A stretch of DNA of 64,000 bases from an uncultured Gammaproteobacteria bacterium. GTDB lineage: Bacteria; Patescibacteriota; Microgenomatia; Levybacterales; UBA12049. Where the stretch lies: positions 59,331 to 123,330 of the forward strand of contig CAYQEJ010000004.1 of NCBI GenBank assembly GCA_964416505.1. Reading direction: 5' to 3'. Numbering within the stretch: the stretch's first letter is position 1; each line of letters begins with the position of its first letter. This document shows positions 60,908-64,000 of this stretch, piece after piece. A model generated the notes under the pieces. That model worked only from the letters and a program-made list of their open reading frames with translations. It was not told the origin of the DNA and ran no database searches. Both the position numbers and the translations under genes were made by a program.

Positions 60908-61775
60908 CTTTTACTTCCTCCTTGTTTTCTTGATTTTCCGCTTGCTCCTCTGCTTCCGTAGATGAAGTTACTTCTTCTGCTGGAGCTACATCTTGTGCAG
61001 AGTTTTCCTCAGCTGGTTTTTCAGCTTCTAATTTTGCTGCTTCTTCTGCAGCCACTCTATCAGCTTCTTCCTGTGCTGCTTTTGCAGCTGCTTCCTCAGC
61101 TGCTACCACTTCAGGATCCCTGAAAAGAGGAACAAATTTTTTATCTTCCCCCGCTTTTTCTATAAAAATCATTCCATTAATGATCCCTGGAACAAGACCT
61201 TTAATTACTAAAACGCCGTCATTTGTAATGTCTACAATTCTCAGATTTTTAACTGTAACTGTGTCATTTCCCATTCTCCCTGCCATTCTTTTTCCTTTAT
61301 AAACTCTTCCTGGAGTTGTTCCCTGACCAATTGAACCAGGAGCTCTCCATCTATCTGACTGACCATGAGTTTTTGGTCCTCCACTAAATCCATGCCTCTT
61401 CATTCCTCCTTGAAATCCTTTTCCTTTAGAAATTCCTGTTATATTTACCAAATCTCCAGGCTGAAAAACTTCTGAAGGATTCAAAGTTACACCTAATTCT
61501 GGAAGCACTTCGTCTTCATCTTTGATTCTTACTTCTCTTAAAAATTTAGGAGCTTTTTCTAAATTAGCTCCTTTTTTTGCGTGTCCTATTTCTGCTCTAC
61601 TAGCCTTTTTCTTAGCGCTAAATCCAAGCTGCACAGCTTGGTAATGATCTTTTTCGTTAGTTTTATGAGACACTACAACATTTCCGTTAACATCCACGAG
61701 AGTAACCGGAATTCTCATTCCGTTTTCTAAAAATCTTTGACTCTGTACTTTCTTGATACCTATTAGAGACTGCAT
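60894..61775 (-). CDS. rplC: 50S ribosomal protein L3 with an acidic Ala/Glu C-terminal extension
   Basis: IPVT, SKGKGFQG, HG..RAPGSIG and PGRVYKGKRMAG motifs; start moved to ATG 61775. Confidence 0.98.
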   Translation of the reverse strand: MQSLIGIKKVQSQRFLENGMRIPVTLVDVNGNVVVSHKTNEKDHYQAVQLGFSAKKKASRAEIGHAKKGANLEKAPKFLREVRIKDEDEVLPELGVTLNPSEVFQPGDLVNITGISKGKGFQGGMKRHGFSGGPKTHGQSDRWRAPGSIGQGTTPGRVYKGKRMAGRMGNDTVTVKNLRIVDITNDGVLVIKGLVPGIINGMIFIEKAGEDKKFVPLFRDPEVVAAEEAAAKAAQEEADRVAAEEAAKLEAEKPAEENSAQDVAPAEEVTSSTEAEEQAENQENKEEVKDGDK

Positions 61776-61789
61776 ATAGATAAAATTTA

Positions 61790-61819
61790 CAAACAAAAAA
61801 GCGACCACATAGTGTCGCT
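61790..61819 (-). terminator. Intrinsic terminator-like hairpin within the rplC leader (candidate attenuator)
   Basis: Minus strand AGCGAC-ACTATGTG-GTCGCT followed by TTTTTGTTTG, ending ~15 nt before the rplC ATG. Confidence 0.8.
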
Positions 61820-61853
61820 CAATTCCCAAGTAGAAATTAAACTCAAACAGAAA

Positions 61854-61889
61854 CTATGTAGCTATCACCTCCTGTGTTTGTAAAGCCAT
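61854..61889 (-). other. Candidate leader uORF MALQTQEVIAT* containing AGGAGGTGAT
   Basis: ATG GCT TTA CAA ACA CAG GAG GTG ATA GCT ACA TAG; translation is unproven. Confidence 0.35.
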
Positions 61890-61901
61890 TTTGTACATGT
61901 A

Positions 61902-61930
61902 ATTATAGCTAAGCGCGTGCGTAAATGCAA
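61902..61930 (-). promoter_or_regulatory. Sigma70 promoter of the rplC operon
   Basis: TTGCAT-17 bp-TATAAT. Confidence 0.8.
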
Positions 61931-61974
61931 GGGGAAGGGAAGAATTTAATAAGAAAAGATCCCCAAACAAACCT

Positions 61975-62532
61975 TTATGTTCTCTTTTTAATTGGAGCAC
62001 TTGCTGTGTAAGTTTTTGGATTACGCACGTAGCTACCTACTTCATATCCTAATTCTTCAGCAAGCAACCTATATGCAGATAGTTTTTCTCGATCAGTCTC
62101 AGAAATTCCTTTCGGATCAGTAAAACTACCTATTGATCCCTTTTCTGCAGCTGAATGTATGTTTTCTATCATCACTTCCCTCATGCCTGGAGGCTGCCTA
62201 TCCCAAAATCTTTGCGCATACATCTCATCCGGCTTCACTTGTTTTCCTCCTACTACTTCAACTTTTCCATCTTTACCTTTTCTTAACTGTGGTGGATGAT
62301 GCGGCTCATACATTTTCCCATCCATTACAAATGGCTTAGGAATATATGGTCCACCCGGAAGACGCCTTGCTAATGAATTAAGAGCCTGGTTAATTCCTAA
62401 GGGCCCCGTATTCAAATTAGGCTCAATTTGTCGCACAAGACCCGCATTTCCTGGATGAGGAATACTAGGAGACTTGGAAGGACTAGTAGATCCAACTGGT
62501 TCTACTGTTTTAATCGGTTCAACATCTGCCAT
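61975..62532 (-). CDS. Hypothetical protein with a Pro-rich N-terminus (accessory gene between rpsJ and rplC)
   Basis: 185-aa ORF; TGTTATATT box 7 nt before ATG 62532. Confidence 0.65.
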   Translation of the reverse strand: MADVEPIKTVEPVGSTSPSKSPSIPHPGNAGLVRQIEPNLNTGPLGINQALNSLARRLPGGPYIPKPFVMDGKMYEPHHPPQLRKGKDGKVEVVGGKQVKPDEMYAQRFWDRQPPGMREVMIENIHSAAEKGSIGSFTDPKGISETDREKLSAYRLLAEELGYEVGSYVRNPKTYTASAPIKKRT

Positions 62533-62620
62533 ACATACCAATATAACATTTATAAACGTTATGTAAATATCTTAAGCTCGCTTAAAAATAAAATCACTTC
62601 TTTCCCGATTGATTATATTC

Positions 62621-62651
62621 TAGCCTCGCAAGGCCTGGCCTTGCGAGGCTA
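62621..62651. repeat. REP-like palindrome, copy 2
   Basis: TAGCCTCGCAAGGCC-T-GGCCTTGCGAGGCTA, followed by the tail AAGCGCTATAAGA. Confidence 0.95.
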
Positions 62652-62690
62652 AAGCGCTATAAGATATCTGAGAATTAAATTTATCTTGGA

Positions 62691-63239
62691 TTACTTTCTT
62701 CTAATCTTCTGTGCAATTGATTCTCGAACTTTTTTCACTCTATTAACAAAGGGGTCTATCCTTCCTGAAGCAATTAATGCATTAAAAGGAATAAACCACA
62801 CAGGAATTGTTAAGGATGTTGCAATAATACTGTCAACCAAAAGCTGATTATCATGATTATAAACTGCAATGGCATTTATTGGATTCGTTAACTGAAGATA
62901 AACATGATTTCCAGCATGCTCTAGAGCAGAAGACATAACTGGCCTTCCTGTCATAATATTAAAAGTTGTTCCATAGGGACTAGCGCTATATTGTCTTTCT
63001 CTTAAATTTCTCGCTTCTAGAGCAATACTAGCAGCATTCGCTACAAACGATACCCCTATTAATGTAGCTCTTGCTAAATCCGGCGTACCACTTGACAGTA
63101 AATGCGTAGCTGTAGTTAAACCTGCTTCTATTGGAAGTATTGATGGAATTGATGCTGTAAAAATCGCTGAAGTAACAGCAATTCCTTCTGGATTTATTCT
63201 ACCTTTGGCTGATTGATATCTCTCTCTAACGCTTGGCAT
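62691..63239 (-). CDS. Hypothetical membrane-associated protein (accessory)
   Basis: 182-aa ORF with 2-3 hydrophobic stretches; TGCTATAAT 9 nt before the ATG. Confidence 0.65.
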   Translation of the reverse strand: MPSVRERYQSAKGRINPEGIAVTSAIFTASIPSILPIEAGLTTATHLLSSGTPDLARATLIGVSFVANAASIALEARNLRERQYSASPYGTTFNIMTGRPVMSSALEHAGNHVYLQLTNPINAIAVYNHDNQLLVDSIIATSLTIPVWFIPFNALIASGRIDPFVNRVKKVRESIAQKIRRK

Positions 63240-63263
63240 ATGCCGGCAATTATAGCAAAGGGG

Positions 63264-63614
63264 CTATTGAATTCCTAAAATTCCTGAACCAATAATTACA
63301 GAGGCAACAGCTATTAATATAGCTACTATTATCAAAAAAAATACCATCCATATACGCTTAGTTCTTCTGTTTAAATCTTTTAAAACAATAGAATCCTGTG
63401 CGTATTGAAAGATTCTATTACATTTTAAACATCTATAAGCAACTACTCTCCTAAGATCTGTGAAATTAGCTTCATTTGTTCCAATAATATAGTTTTTTGT
63501 TCCGGACGGGACATTACCGCTTTTAGCATAACGCTGAATCAAAACTGCTCCGTAAGTACTATCGAGAATAACTCCATTTTCAAAATCTCCACCACAATCA
63601 GGACATTTTTTCAT
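63264..63614 (-). CDS. Small zinc-ribbon protein with a C-terminal TM (CPxCGG..G / AYRCxxC type)
   Basis: MKKCPDCGGDFENG and AYRCLKC motifs; hydrophobic C-terminus. Confidence 0.7.
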   Translation of the reverse strand: MKKCPDCGGDFENGVILDSTYGAVLIQRYAKSGNVPSGTKNYIIGTNEANFTDLRRVVAYRCLKCNRIFQYAQDSIVLKDLNRRTKRIWMVFFLIIVAILIAVASVIIGSGILGIQ

Positions 63615-63651
63615 AAACTAATCATTTCAGATATTGCAAGTGAATTCAATC

Positions 63652-63680
63652 AGCCTCGCAAGGCCAGGCCTTGCGAGACT
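63652..63680. repeat. REP-like palindrome, copy 3 (one mismatch)
   Basis: AGCCTCGCAAGGCC-A-GGCCTTGCGAGACT, followed by the tail AAGACACTATAAGA. Confidence 0.92.
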
Positions 63681-63777
63681 AAGACACTATAAGACTGTCA
63701 TAAAATTCACTACGAAATAATTTTCAGTGGGTAAAAAGGGTATAAGATGAAGATTAGAAAATATCAGAGAAGCAAGA

Positions 63778-64000
63778 TTACATCTTTATTTCGATGTTGA
63801 CTCCTGCTGGGAGCTCTAAATGTCCGAGGGAATCCATGGTTTTTTCTGTTGGACTAACAATATCTATAAGTCTTTTATGTACTTTAATTTCAAAATGATC
63901 TCTAGCGTCTTTATCAATGAAAGGGGACTTATTTACTGCGTAGACTGATCTTTTAGTAGGCAAAGGTATTGGTCCCACAACTTTAGCTCCGGTTCTAATA
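63778..64000 (-). CDS. rpsJ: 30S ribosomal protein S10, 5'-partial
   Basis: [32 protein letters not shown] and LPAGV motifs; the frame runs off the window end. Confidence 0.97.
   Translation of the reverse strand, partial: IRTGAKVVGPIPLPTKRSVYAVNKSPFIDKDARDHFEIKVHKRLIDIVSPTEKTMDSLGHLELPAGVNIEIKM

Noticed and set aside
62542-62569. Possible dif/XerD arm TTATGTAAAT
   Set aside because: There is no convincing XerC arm at 6-bp spacing and no partner site; the sequence is better explained as a promoter or operator.
62428-62652. 74-aa plus-strand ORF ending ASQGLALRG
   Set aside because: It overlaps an opposite-strand gene, and its C-terminus is just the translated palindrome.
42094-63680. Palindromes read as integron attC sites or CRISPR repeats
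   Set aside because: They are too short for attC, the GTTAG core lies at the wrong end, and there are no extrahelical bases or intI. They are not regularly spaced with unique spacers, and no cas genes are present.
1-64000. Alternative genetic code (UGA=Gly, as in Gracilibacteria/SR1)
   Set aside because: Conserved genes are full length under code 11, and TGA ends genes at the expected positions (e.g. the helicase, uppS, adk, lysS).

Overview
This 64 kb window is from an AT-rich bacterial chromosome read with genetic code 11. Its gene content points to Patescibacteria/CPR, probably Microgenomates (inference from the missing uL30, class I LysRS, archaeal-type PPAT/DUF359 fusion, type IV pilus locus and many GT-C membrane proteins). 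In order it holds: a 5'-partial effector-like hypothetical gene; a surface-glycosylation cluster around a type IV pilus locus with a 986-aa giant pilin-adhesin; a one-gene islet inserted at the 3' end of secA with an exact 25-bp target duplication; secA-serS-rdgB-lysS; greA-tdh-kbl-coaD/DPCK; SBP and vanW; tsaD, rmuC and a UvrD-nuclease fusion; RNase P RNA; HU, rny, recX, recA; tRNA-Pro(GGG); uppS-idi; and the S10-spc-alpha superoperon with rplM-rpsI. The most notable observations are: (1) rpsJ is split from rplC by three accessory genes, and rplC has its own promoter plus a ~120-nt leader containing a uORF, a perfect 10-nt anti-SD complement and mutually exclusive terminator/antiterminator helices, a candidate ribosome-sensing attenuator; (2) the secA islet has no integrase; (3) there are three unrelated families of small palindromic elements, one inserted in frame within an enzyme gene; (4) promoters with leaderless geometry are pervasive. 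All functional calls come from motifs recognised by eye; no database searches were run.
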